Of a DNA stretch of 64,000 nucleotides, positions 23,870 through 36,100 are shown piece by piece. How positions within the stretch are numbered: the first letter of the stretch is position 1; every line of letters begins with the position of its first letter. The stretch spans positions 1-64,000 of the forward strand of contig NW_003314280.1 in the NCBI RefSeq assembly GCF_000143415.4, written 5' to 3'. The stretch is from Selaginella moellendorffii (Eukaryota > Plantae > Lycopodiophyta). The notes beneath the pieces were generated by a model. That model was not told the origin of the DNA. It saw only the letters and a program-made list of their open reading frames with translations, and searched no databases. The position numbers and the translations under genes are program-made.

Positions 23870-24640
23870 GTTCGCGGGGCCTTATGAAATTGAGGCACGA
23901 ATCGGTAAAGTGGCTTACCGACTCCGACTTCCTCGAGAGATGGGGAAGATGCACCCAGTGTTCCACGTGAACTTACTCAAGCCGTACTTTGAGGATCCGC
24001 TTCGCAAGGACCAAGTGAGACCTTTACCTGAGGTTATCCAAGGGGAAGAGGAATACGAAGTCGAGGCCATCCTCAATGCGCGCAAGAGCAAGCGACAAGG
24101 ACGCGAGGTGAGAGAGTTCCATGTGAAGTGGAAAGGATTTCCACACTGTGAAGCAACATGGGAACCGGAGGAGAACCTAGCGAACGCACGAGATCTAGTG
24201 GAGGAATTTCTGCAAGGCAGAACTTTATGTACTTATGCAAAATTCAATTAAAAATATCAATTTGCAAAGTTGAGCAAATGGCATATGTTGGGACCCGAAG
24301 GCGCGCCAAAGGTAAGCTAATTAGCATGGGTTGGATAGGTCGACCAGGCGTAGGGCACTACGCCCGACTCCCTGCAGGGATGTCGAATCCGTAGACGTAT
24401 TCTACGGAGGTTGGGTTCGAGTCCCAACCCCCTAGTAAAGCAAGGCTGGGTTCAAGTCCCGACCCTATACTAGGGCGTGGTGAGGTGAGGAATATAGGGA
24501 CACCTATATTCCGTTGTCATGGGCTCTTGGCCGGGGAGGCTAACTTAGGCACACCGCTAAGTGGGGGGATGCCCCCGGAGACATGGACAACAAGTCGTAG
24601 GATAAAATGAGACGTTCGATGTGGGCATCGAACTTCTTCT

Positions 24641-24654
24641 ATGGGTGGTGGAGT
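24641..24654 (+). promoter_or_regulatory. Polypurine tract
   Basis: atgggtggtggagt immediately before LTR2. Confidence 0.8.
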
Positions 24655-25802
24655 TGTAAGGAACCGACTCCCCGAGATGTCGTAGGCTAAAGGAACCCCG
24701 AAAGCATGACCAAAATGACAAAGAGTTCATCGGATGGGACCAAGTTGAAGATCGAGTCCAAGACCGACTCTAGGACCGAGTTCGAGATAGAGTCCGGAAT
24801 CGAGTCCGAGACCGACTCGGGGACCGAGTTCGAGTCCGAGTTCGAGACCGAGTTCGAGACGGAGTCCGAGATCCGAAATCGGGTCCGAGACCGAGTCCGA
24901 GGTCGAGTCCGAGGTCGGGTCCGAGATCGGGTCCGAGATCGAGTCCGTGATCGAGTCCGAACCCGAATCCGAAGTCGGATCCGAAATCGGGTCCGAGATC
25001 GAGCCAGAGACTAAGTCCAAATACTAATACGGGTCAAGGGGTGAAAGCCCAAAGCGTGCGTCTCCCAGGGGGGGGGGGCTGCAGGGGGTTCCAAAAGTAT
25101 AGTAGGGATAGTGAGGTCCAGGAACCAGTTTTGAAGGGACTCTCCAGTTGGGCTTCCAAACCGACTTGAGGTTGGGACTGGGACCGAGGGGCCTTGGGTG
25201 GGAGTGAGCATGGACTTGGCTGGTGCCGGAGGGGCCATCCAAGGAAGTGCTCAAGAGCAGCTCCCACTCCCGAAAGGGAAACCGATTGCGGTGCTCCCGG
25301 CTCATGTGGAGTGGTGCCCCACTTGAGTACCATGCGGCTCATTGGTCCTCGCCCTTCCTAGGGGCTTGGGCCTTCCTTCGGGATGGAAGTGGGGGGCGAG
25401 AGGTACCCATACCGGGCCGCTATGCCACGGTGTTTCGCCTCGGCATCCCGAAGCAAGTGTTGCACTCAAGACTTGGGATTTAGAGGGTCCCATGATCAAG
25501 TCTTGTGGTACCAAGGGATGTTAGGAACCTGGAAGCTTGGTGTGCTTGGCTGCTTGTGCTTGCGGGGAGTGTAGCCGAACCTTAAGTCCAGTCTAACCCG
25601 GGGAGGGGGATTGGGAGTGATTTGGGAATCCGTGGAAGGATGGCTAACACTCCGTTGCTCGTGCAGTGAGTAGCTGAAACCAAGTAGGAGCTGGTACCAT
25701 AAGCGAGAACCTTGGCGAGGGAACTTAGCAAAAGCCAAGGCAGCGTTGGATGGATAGACGAGGTAAGCTGGCAAATTGGAAAGGAAAAATTTGTGGCTTA
25801 CA
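24655..25802 (+). repeat. Shared middle LTR2
   Basis: Near-identical to LTR1; preceded by PPT and followed by PBS (25806-25817). Confidence 0.95.
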
Positions 25803-25861
25803 ATTTGGTATTGGAGCCTCTTCCTCAGTTCTAGCGAAGGATAGAGGCGGATTGCTGGGAG

Positions 25862-28800
25862 ATGGCAAGGGTTGGGCGTAAGCGAACCCAGGTGGAGACG
25901 GAACCTCCGCCAGAGCTGGAGCCTCCGGTCAAACAAGAGGCTATGGATGAGGAATCCTTGCATGAGGAGGACTCCAGTGAGGAAACTTCCAAACAGGAGT
26001 CCAATCGCGAGGTTCGGTCGTCCAAGGCTCGATTGGACATTCTAGAAGGTCAATTGGGGCAGACCAATGCCCTGCTGGAGACTCTCGTACGCAAGCTAAA
26101 GCGTGACGAGAAGCGGAAGAAAAGGCGAAAGACTGCGGATGCTGGCAGCGCAGAAGGTGCGGACCCTTCGGCAGGGACTGAAGCAAAACCAGACAAGGTC
26201 GAACAGACTGAAGTGGAATCAGTCTCTCAGGCAGTTCCCAAGTACAAACCAAAGCCCCCACCGGTCTTCAAGGGAGTGAATGACTATAAGGTGGTGGAGG
26301 ATTGGTTTTACGATATGGAGGACTACTTCCGAGTGTTGTGGTTACCAAGCTCGGAGAAGGTCCCATGTGCAAAACCATACTTGGCAGATAATGCCAAGTC
26401 TTGGTGGAGAACAACGGAGGCCAACGAAGGACCGGTGGTCACTTGGGACATGATGAAGGCGAGGATGCGCGCAACATATGTTCCTCCGAATGCCACTCTG
26501 CATCTGAGGGATGAACTGAGTAGGCTGAAGCAGACTGGAACCATCCAGGAATATGTGAATGGGTTCATGGCAAAGAGGATACTTGTCACAGACATGGGGG
26601 ATATGGATGCGTTCCATGCCTTCATATCAGGTTTGCAAACCTGGGCTCGCGGTGAGGTGATGCGCTGGAACCCGACCAACTACAAGGAAGCGTTGGATGC
26701 GGCCATCAAGGTGCATTTCAACGATAACCTGCGAAAGGGGAACACGACGGGGTCGGGATCCACGTTCAGCAAAGGGGCCAAACCAAGGGGAACATATAGC
26801 AGGGGGAAATTCAAGAAGAGTTTCTCTAAGAATGAGTCCTCTGGGTTCCGGAAAGGCAAATCCGGTGGCCAGCGAGCAAGTACGTGGGGGAGTCAAGCAA
26901 AAAGAGACAAACCCACGGATAAGAAGGTCAAGTCGTATAGCAGCGTGGGAAACAACGTATGCTACAACTGCGGTGAAGCGGGACACTTTTCGAGGGAATG
27001 TCCCTACCCGAAGAAGGCCAGAGTCAATATGGCCATCAAGTCGGGTGAAGTCCAAACTGAGGTATGTGATCCAGTCCTTAACTCAAAGTTGCTCATTACA
27101 CGAGCAACTTTGGTAGAGAGTCGTTCGCGACATCTACTAGCCCTCCGAGGGAAGCTCGGAGGTAGCTTTGTTAAAATCCTTATTGACACGGGTGCTTCGG
27201 ATAATTTTGTGGCTGCAGACATAGTCCGGCAAGCCGGACTAACGGTGCAGCGGCTAGGCGAACCAAGGACTATAGAGTTTGTTCAAGGTAGCCAAAGCAC
27301 CGATGAGGTACTTCGACAAGCGAGAGTTGAAGTAGGGACATGGAAAGTAGACATGGATTTCACCGTGTTGGACATGGCGGGATTTGACGTGATCTTCGGA
27401 ATGGATTGGTTCAATCGGTTCGTGGTAGCCCTGCATGGACAAGGTAGGAACCTTGTGGTACTGGCGAATGCCCAAGGAAGAAGATCTAGGGTGGAGGCCC
27501 AGGATCTAAAGGTAGGGCAAAGCAAGGCCAAAGAATCTTGCTTAAACCTGGTGTCCACGAGAGGACAACTCACTAAAGGAACTAAGGCAGCCTTTTTGTG
27601 CTTACTCTCGGTGAAGAGTGACAAAAAGACAGGAACGGAAGAAGTACCTTTAGTGATCCAGCGGGTGTTGGACCAATTCCAGGATACCATGCCGGAGGAG
27701 CTACCAGCGGGGTTACCCCCCGCACGACCGATAGAACATAAGATTGAGCTGGTCGAGGGTGCTGAGGCGGTGGTTCGTCCCCACTATCGTTTGAACAAAA
27801 AAGAACTCAAGGAGCTCAAGTGCCAACAAGAGGAGTTGGTGGGCAAAGGGTATGTTAGGTTGAGCAAGTCGCCGTATGGGGTGCCGGTATTATTTGTGAA
27901 AAAGAAAGATGGATCTATGCGCATGTGCATAGATTACCGATTGCTCAACAAGTATACCAAGAAGAACAAGTACCCTTTGCCAAGGATTGAGGACCTGTTC
28001 GATAGGTTGGGGAAGGCAAAATACTTCTCGAGGATTGACCTAAGGTCAGGATACTACCAGATCAGGGTAGCTGAGGAAGATGTCGAGAAGACAACCTGTC
28101 GAACGAGGTATGGGAGCTTTGAGTTTCTAGTGATGCCCTTTGGGCTGTGCAATGAGCCGGCAACGTTTTCGGCGTTGATGAACCACATCTTTGTACCCTA
28201 TCTGGATCACTTCGTGGTCGTCTATATTGACGACATCCTGATCTATAGCAAGACGCTAGAGGAGCATGCCGAACACTTGGCGAAGGTGTTTGAGAAACTA
28301 AGGGAACACAAACTGTATGCTAAAGAGAGCAAATGTGACTTTGCTCAACAAGAGGTAAAGTTTCTCGGGCATGTGGTGGGCCAGGACGGGCTCAAGGTGG
28401 ACCCGGAGAAGGTCCAAGCGATCCAGGAATGGGAGCGACCATCGAATGTACATGAGTTGAGGGCGTTCTTGGGGCTATGCAACTACTATCGAAAGTATAT
28501 CAGACACTATTCGAGAGTAGCTCTGCCCTTAACGGATGAAACGGGAAAAGGGAAGATGGTATGGACAGCGGAATGCGAGGCAGCATTCGTCCACCTCAAA
28601 GGGAAGTTGAGGAAGGCTCCGGTGTTGGCATTACCAGATTTTGGTAAGGACTTTGAGGTAGACACGGATGCTTCGGACTTTGCGTTGGGCGCAGTTTTGA
28701 AGCAAGACAACCATCCAGTAGCGTTCTTCTCGAAGAAGCTAGACAAGGCTCAACGGAAGTGGCCTGCCCACGAGAAGGAATTGTTTGCGGTGGTCAAGGC

Positions 28801-30634
28801 GCTCAAGGAGTGGTGACACTACCTTGGGAGACACTTCAAGGTTTACACGGACAATGTGGCAACGAAACACTTCTTGTCACAACCCGACCTGAGAGGGAAA
28901 CAAGGTCGGTGGGCCAATGCCTTGGCCGAGTTTGATTGTGAGATTCTGTACAAGCCTGGGAAGAGCAACATCGTGGCAGATGCGCTAAGTCGAAAAGCGA
29001 GCTTGAGGTTGGCGATCTCCAGCGCAACAGCAACCTTCTGGGACGATGTGCGGACAGCATATGAAAATGATGGTCTAGCACAAGAAGTGTTGTTGAGGAA
29101 TCTGGAGGCGCGGGAAGCTCACCAGAGAGGTGAGTTGCCAACGGAAGAGAAAACGGGCTATGCGGAACGCAACGGACTCATTTATTACAAGCAAACGAGG
29201 GTGTATGTTCCAGAAGGGGAACTAAGGAAGGTGGCCTTAGAAGAGTGTCATGATGGACCTCTTGCGGGACACGGCGGAGTGCCCAAGACGATGGGCTTAC
29301 TCAAGAGGAAGTACCATTGGCCAGATATGGCTAAGGACGTCCAAAACTATGTAAAGACATGTCCAACATGTCAGCAGGTCAAAGCCGTGACTAAGGCTAG
29401 TGGGGGCTTGTTGCAAAGCATCCCAATTCCAGATCGCCCGTGGAAATGTCTTACGATGGACTTCATCACGGGACTACCCCCAAGCGAGGGGTTCGATGCG
29501 ATATTCGTGGTGGTGGACCGATTTTCAAAGATGGCACATTTCATACCCACCACAATGGACGTGGATGCGGAAGGTGTGGCGAAGCTGTTCTTCGAACAAG
29601 TGGTTCGAGTGCGGGGAAGGCCGGAAGAGATTATCTCAGATCGAGATAAGATCTTCACTAGTAGGTTCTGGAAGACACTCCTAGAACAGTATTGCACCAA
29701 GTTGAAATTCAGCACAGCCTATCACCCACAGACAGGTAATGGGTATTAAGTCAAGATTGATGGCACTAACACTTCTTGACAGACGAACAAACGGAAAGGG
29801 TGAATAGGCAGCTGGAGGATTATTTGCGATGCTATGTCTCGGGAGACCAGACCGACTGGGTAAGTCATTTGGGACTCGCGGAAATGTGTTATAACAACTC
29901 ACCACACTCGAGCATCGGGGTGAGTCCATGGGAAGTCATCAATGGGCGAGCTATTGAAGGTCCTGTGGAACTCGGCGTGGCCGAGTATCATGGAGAGTTA
30001 CCCGCAGTGGAGGCATTCACGGCGGAAAGACTCAACATTTGGAATCTAGTGAGGGATTCCTTGGAACGGGCTCAACAAAGGCAAACTAAGTACGCGAACC
30101 AAAAGCGTCGGGATGTGGAGTTCCAAGCTGGGGAGAAGGTGTGGCTGAACACCAAGAACCTCAGACTACCAAGTGGGATCAGCCGAAAGTTGACCCAAAG
30201 GTAAAGATGCATGTATTCCTGTAAATGAATTGATCTTGAGTTCCTTAAGCAGGTTCGCGGGACCTTATGAAATTGAGGCACGAATCGGTAAAGTGGCTTA
30301 CCGACTCCGACTTCCTCGAGAGATGGGGAAGATGCACCCAGTGTTCCACGTGAACTTACTCAAGCCGTACTTTGAGGATCCGCTTCGCAAGGACCAAGTG
30401 AGACCTTTACCCGAGGTTATCCAAGGGGAAGAGGAATACGAAGTCGAGGCCATCCTCAATGCGCGCAAGAGCAAGCGACAAGGACGCGAGGTGAGAGAGT
30501 TCCATGTGAAGTGGAAAGGATTTCCACACTGCGAAGCAACATGGGAACCGGAGGAGAACCTAGCGAACGCGCGAGATCTAGTGGAGGAATTTCTGCAAGG
30601 CAGAACTCTATGTACTTATGCAAAAATCAATTAA
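25862..30634 (+). pseudogene. gag-pol: Gypsy gag-pol copy 2
   Basis: Same domains as copy 1; in-frame TGA at 28814-28816 (CGA in copy 1); introns 29736-29782 and 30201-30252. Confidence 0.95.
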
Positions 30635-31037
30635 AAATATCAATTTGCAAAATTGAGCAAGTGGCATATGTTGGGACCCGAAGGCGCGCCAAAGGTAAGC
30701 TAATTAGCATGGGTTGGATAGGTCGACCAGGCGTAGGGCACTACGCCCGACTGCCCGCGGGGATGTCGAATCCGTAGACGTATTCTACGGAGGTTGGGTT
30801 CGAGTCCCAACCCCCTAGTAAAGCAAGGCTGGGTTCAAGTCCCGACCCTATACTAGGGCGTGGTGAGGTGAGGAGTATAGGGACACCTATATTCCGTTGT
30901 CATGGGCTCTTGGCCGGGGAGGCTAACTTAGGCACACCGCTAAGTGGGTGGATGCCCCCGGAGACATGGTCAACAAGTCGTAGGATAAAATGAGACATTC
31001 GATGTGGGCATCGAACTTCTTCTATGGGTGGTGGAGT

Positions 31038-31686
31038 TGTAAGGAACCAACTCGCCGAGGTGTCGTAGGCTAAAGGAACCCCGAAAGCATGACCAAAATG
31101 ACAAAGAGTTCATCGGATGGGACCAAGTCGAGATCGAGTCCAAGACCGACTCTAGGACCGAGTTCGAGATAGAGTCCGGAATCGAGTCCGAGACCGACTC
31201 GGGGACCGAGTTCGAGTCCGAGTTCGAGACCGAGTTTGAGACGGAGTCCGAGATCCGAAATCGGGTCCGAGACCGAGTCCAAGGTCGAGTCCGAGGTCGG
31301 GTCCGAGATCGGGTCCGAGATCGAGTCCGTGATCGAGTCCGAACCCGAATCCGAAGTCGGATCCAAAATCGGGTCCGAGATCGAGCCAGAGACTAAGTCC
31401 AAATACTAATACGGGTCAAGGGGTGAAAGCCCAAAGCGTGCGTCTCCCAGGGAGGGGGGGGGGGGGCTGCAGGGGTTTCCAAAAGTATAGTAGGGATAGT
31501 GAGGTCCAGGAACCAGTTTTGAAGGGACTCTCCAGTTGGGCTTCCAAACCGACTTGAGGTTGGGACTGGGACCGAGGGGCCTTGGGTGGGAGTGAGCATG
31601 GACTTGGCTGGTGCCGGAGGGGCCATCCAAGGAAGTGCTCAAGAGCAGCTCCCACTCCCGAAAGGGAAACCAATTGCGGTGCTCCC
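31038..31686 (+). repeat. LTR3, 3'-truncated
   Basis: LTR similarity stops at ...ttgcggtgctccc; no CA end or TSD. Confidence 0.9.
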
Positions 31687-32848
31687 CAAGGCAATCTCTT
31701 CATCCATGCAGCTGCCTGTGTCTCTGTTTGGCATAATCGCTCATGGGCATGGTGCCCAGAACTATGGGAACTTCTTTGTACCTTTATGGGGTGGCGGGGG
31801 TGCAAACATGATGATTGCGTCCCTAGAAAAACACTTAAGGTCTCTGCAAATTGTGCAGACTGAGCTGAACTGCCAACCCTTGCATAAGGCCCTTGTCGAT
31901 CGAACCCCATACAGGGTTCAGCTGGAGGAGGAGCAAAGGCTTGCAGTATTGCGTGGGGCCCCATGCCATCCCAGTGAATATGTTGGCCGTCAGATTGTAG
32001 GGTTATCACGTGAGGCCTCATGCCATTCCGACGAGGCTGGTTGCCCGGTGAATGCACAGCCTCATCCAAACGAAGCAGAATCTCAAGGAAGTTCTTGCGG
32101 CTGATGTGGCCTTCCACCTCATCTTCTGCTCCAAACAGACAATGCTGGCAGTGAGAACAAAAACATGTATGTCTTCGCGTACTTGGCGATGCTTGTTGCC
32201 AAAGGCATATTTGAAACGGTTACACTTGGCTTTCTCATGGTTGGGCACACTCATGAAGACGTCGATGCCATGTTCAGTCACCTGGCAGAGTCCCTCCGGC
32301 GATCCAATGTCCTCACCCTCCCACAACTCTACGATGAATTCCAAAATTGCATCAAAGGCACTGTTGAAGCTGCACTTGTGACAGAGGTTCCAGACTTTAA
32401 GGGGTTTGTAAGAGGCTACATCAGGGATGGATCCGAAACGCTGATTGGCTACTCCAAGCCTCTTCAGTTTCATTTCAGCATGCGTGACGGTGCTTTAGTG
32501 ATATGGGTGGGGCACTGCATCACTGATGTAGAGGAGGACGCAGAAACTAACTCCTTCAATGTAACTGTGGAGTGGTTCAAGCCAAGTTCCGGATATACGA
32601 AGGATTGCCTAGAAAAGAGATGGGTGCTGAATCCAAGGGATCCCAGCATGAGCATATCGGTGGATAATGTTGTGCATGGTTGGATGTGGAAGCAAAGTGC
32701 CACCATCACCTTGCTAGACCATGCAAGAGATGCAGCAAGAGCATTCATAACCCGGGTTCAAGGTGAGATTCATTAATATTCCTTTACTAAGTTTCTAATG
32801 TATTTTATTTCAAGGTGAACAATCCGAATCTGAATCAGAGGAGGCATG
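31687..32848 (+). pseudogene. Sola-like transposase, catalytic C-terminal part
   Basis: One frame: MQLPVSLFGIIAHGHG..GANMMI, TGA at 32102-32104, LPPHLLLQTDNAGSENKNMYVFAYL..FLMVGHTHEDVDAMFS. Probable short terminal intron after 32763. Confidence 0.82.
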
Positions 32849-33091
32849 ATGGCATGTGGCCTTACGCCATTCCTAGGTGAGATGATACAAATAACAAGTA
32901 TAAATTCTTAGTTGTTCTAGCAAATCTTACTTAAAGTTCAAGGTGAACAAGTCGAATATGAATTCATCAGATTGTTATAACAAATTGCGAGGTGATGGCA
33001 TGAGGCGATACGCCATTTGAGAGTGGTAGCCATTCCTATATGAGGTGAGTGAAATATTTATTAGAAATACCTCATTCAATTGTGCACTTCT

Positions 33092-33175
33092 AAGAATTAA
33101 AATAGAAACATGCAAACAGTACTGAGTGGACCAAGGTCCACTCAGTACTGTTTGCATGTTTCTATTTTAATTCTT
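33092..33175. repeat. Perfect hairpin, 41-bp arms, 2-nt loop
   Basis: 33092-33132 is the exact reverse complement of 33135-33175. Confidence 0.95.
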
Positions 33176-33526
33176 TCTCTAAAATGTTATTTAGCATGTG
33201 GCTTCATGCCATTGCTCTCCACAATCATGCATTGAATTTTTCTATCCTTGCATAATACTTCTCCATATATATAGCATGTGCGCACATATGATATGGTTCA
33301 TTAGGCCTGATATAGTGTGTGAGGTAAAACAAAGATGATGTGACATATGCATTTACCAATCACACGTGCATAAATCTAATAATATGGCGTGTGGCCCATA
33401 TTAATGGCACATAAACCCATATTGTGGGCTTACGTGCTTTATGTACCATCATTCCCTTGCAGCGTGTGTGTTGGTTTCCTTTTATAACACAACGAACTCC
33501 ATATTTTAGGGTGAAGAGCGTTCTCA

Positions 33527-33765
33527 TGGCAAGCACAAAATCTATAAGTGAGGCAGAAAAGGAGACGGAGAAGGAGATAGGTGAAGATGTTGAATATATA
33601 AGTCTTCCAAACTCCCCGTACTATACTCCAGGTGATCATTTTTCTGAACAAACGGCAACATTAACAACTATCAAGAACGCCCCAGTAATGTTAGAGACAA
33701 CAATCCAAAGCAAAACAACTGACCCGGAGAAGGATGATAGTACCACTGAGAGTACCAAAAAGGAG
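33527..33765 (+). CDS. Possible first exon of a small third cargo gene (acidic, Thr-rich)
   Basis: ATG-initiated MASTKSISEAEKE... ending at a GTGAGC donor-like site followed by a palindrome-bearing intron-like stretch. Confidence 0.3.
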
Positions 33766-34413
33766 GTGAGCGCTTAGGCTTATAATGGTGTGTGCCCTCA
33801 TGCCATTTACTTGATCACCAAATACCTTTTTCCCTTTGCACTAGTATATCTTAATACCGGTCTGAGAAATAGAATGGCATGTGCCCTCAGGCCTTTTACT
33901 AAATCACCTTTGAAAGAAATGCAAGCCTCTATGTCGTAAAAAAAAGGTACTAGAGAAATTCCTTAATAATATGAATGTTATTTAGTTTCATGAAAATACA
34001 CTAAGGGTCAAATGAGTTAAATGACTTCTCCAGACTAGCAATGCCTCTTGCTACACCTTCACAATTAGATTCATTAGAAAAAGATAACATTGAATAATAT
34101 CTAAATGTTCTCACCATTAAGTTATATGTCTGGCTAATAGGAATGACGTTCATCTTGGAAAGCTCACCACACGCTCAATGAACAAACAAATAGTGTGTGC
34201 GTGCATGCCATCGCTCTTCTTTAGCTTCAGATTCGGCTTGTTCACCTTGACAATGAGATTTATTATACAACCAGATGGACTCAGTCTGGACACAAAGTCA
34301 CCGCGCCAGTCACCATGCCCCAGATATGTCTAGCCCCTAGACAAAAAACATATAATTTCACGTCATTTTCAAATACTTGAAAATTTGTACCTAGTCCCAG
34401 TTTACTGAATAAA

Positions 34414-34437
34414 TCCCACTTTAACGAAATAGAGCTT
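34414..34437 (-). repeat. Right terminal inverted repeat
   Basis: tcccactttaacgaaatagagctt followed by TACT. Confidence 0.88.
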
Positions 34438-34441
34438 TACT

Positions 34442-34940
34442 GACAATGCCAAAAATATTTTGGCCTTATCCACTTTAGATAAAAACTTTCTCTATCTTTA
34501 GCTTTTATTAACCTTGAACCTTAGATAACACCTCCTATCTATCATACTTTAAGAACTTAGTTCTTTAGACTTTATCTAATGCCTTCATGATATTAAACAC
34601 CACCTCCTCAATATTTTAGGTGTTTATATGTCTCAATGATAAACTTCTCAGACAATGAACATTTCCTTCTACAACAACGAATCACTATATCGTAACATAA
34701 AACATATTACAAGAATGTTGCCATTATATAACTCAAGGGCATCATAAAAACTTAAAACTTCTATATTTTATTTGATAGGTTGTCTTTTCAACATCTCCGC
34801 TATCCTAATCTAGTAGTCTCTTAACCTTGGATTAATTTTGGAGAAATATTTCACATTTTCTAACCTATTAAATAGGTCATCAATCCTTAGTAATGGGTAT
34901 TTATTCTTATTTATATAATATTTAAGCAGCTCATAATCTA

Positions 34941-35007
<67 letters not shown>

Positions 35008-36100
35008 CCCTATCTTTCTTCCTTATAAGCAATAGCAAAACCCTATATGGCAAGTTACTCAAATGAATATACTCTTTATTAACCAACTCCTCAAGTTGAT
35101 ATTTGAATTATTTGAGCTTTTTCTTATTCAATAGGGGGGACAGACCATTGCCTTGGCCCCCTTGACTAAGTTGATCTTATGTTCAATTGATTAGGCTAGA
35201 AGTAGTTTTATTCCTCTAATATATGGTGTTTCGAAACTAGTCCAACACCCATTGAATCACCAAAGACACCTCTTTTGGTCCCATCTTTTTACCACTTTCT
35301 ATCAAGAATAAGCATAAAAATTCTATTTTAGTTCATTTATGAGTTGTCTTTTAGTGGATATTAGGTTCAAACAAGAGGTCATGGACCTACTCCACTATAT
35401 CTTTAGATCTTGAGAATCCACCCTAGATTGTTTCCCACCACTAAATTTCTACTTTATCTATGTAAAGCTACCATAAATTGATTAAAAAATATATATATAC
35501 CAAATATCACATTAAATTTTATTGTATCTAAAATGGTGAAATCCATATCCACTTTCCACATCTGCTTTTATAGTTGTTTATCTTCGTACCATATTGGTGC
35601 TTTGGCTTTCTTGAAAGAACTCTATACATGGTTTTTTTAATAACTGAATTGTTAGTCTGGCTTGCCAAGTTATGTTTGTAACCAAAAAAATTGTCACTTA
35701 CACCTATGTCAATTAAAATTTTAAGAAAGACACCTTTGAGTTTCCCTAAAAGGGTTAGTAAATATTGCAAATAACTCTCTACTAAAATTTCTCGTGTAAT
35801 GAGTGACTTTGAGCTAGGGACTGGGGTTACATACTTCAATTAAAACTTCACCTTAAATTAATGGCCATTCTCTTGAGAAATGACTAATCTCGCTGCAATT
35901 GTAACATCCATTTTTCCCCACATTATTAGACTTGGTCTCCTTATTGGTGGGTTTTTCTTTCTTTACCTAACTTTGCCATGTGACTACCTTTTAACAACTA
36001 GATTTGCCACTCCAAAAACCTAAGGATTTATTCTTAAAGAAACTCCCTTTCAATTACTCCTTTCCATATATTCCTTTTGGCTTGGATCCTTTGTTAAAGA
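34442..36100 (-). pseudogene. Decayed Gypsy gag-pol related to the chromovirus family
   Basis: ORF 35528-35839 PVPSSKSLITREILVES..LKILIDIG matches the protease region of 19480-22227; RT remnants toward 34450. Confidence 0.75.
34944..35006. repeat. (TA)n microsatellite
   Basis: ~31 uninterrupted AT units. Confidence 0.98.

Larger units (their letters stand above)
19480..24251 (+). pseudogene. gag-pol: Gypsy gag-pol copy 1 (Gag, CCHC knuckle, protease, RT, RNase H, integrase, chromodomain)
   Basis: [57 protein letters not shown]. 1-nt frameshift near 22170 relative to copy 2. Predicted introns 23353-23399 and 23818-23869. Confidence 0.95.
18274..31686 (+). mobile_element. Tandem Ty3/Gypsy chromovirus: LTR-internal-LTR-internal-truncated LTR
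   Basis: LTRs 18274-19420, 24655-25802 and 31038-31686 (truncated); TG..CA termini; PBS and PPT for both internal regions. Confidence 0.95.
8197..34437 (+). mobile_element. Large cargo-carrying TIR DNA transposon, Sola-like
   Basis: 24-bp TIRs AAGCTCTATTTYGTTAAAGTGGGA (8197-8220, 34414-34437; 1 mismatch) with TACT duplicated at 8193-8196 and 34438-34441. Internal transposase has DNxxxENKN and GHTHEDVD motifs. The joined flanks resemble one continuous repeat similar to ~39690-39960. Confidence 0.85.

Noticed and set aside
24218-24320. Possible third (GC-AG) intron after the chromodomain and a GTAAGC donor at ~24311
   Set aside because: No clear acceptor or conserved motif restored; unsupported without RNA data.
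24411-24462. tRNA gene
   Set aside because: Only T-arm-like hairpins; no acceptor, D or anticodon arms.
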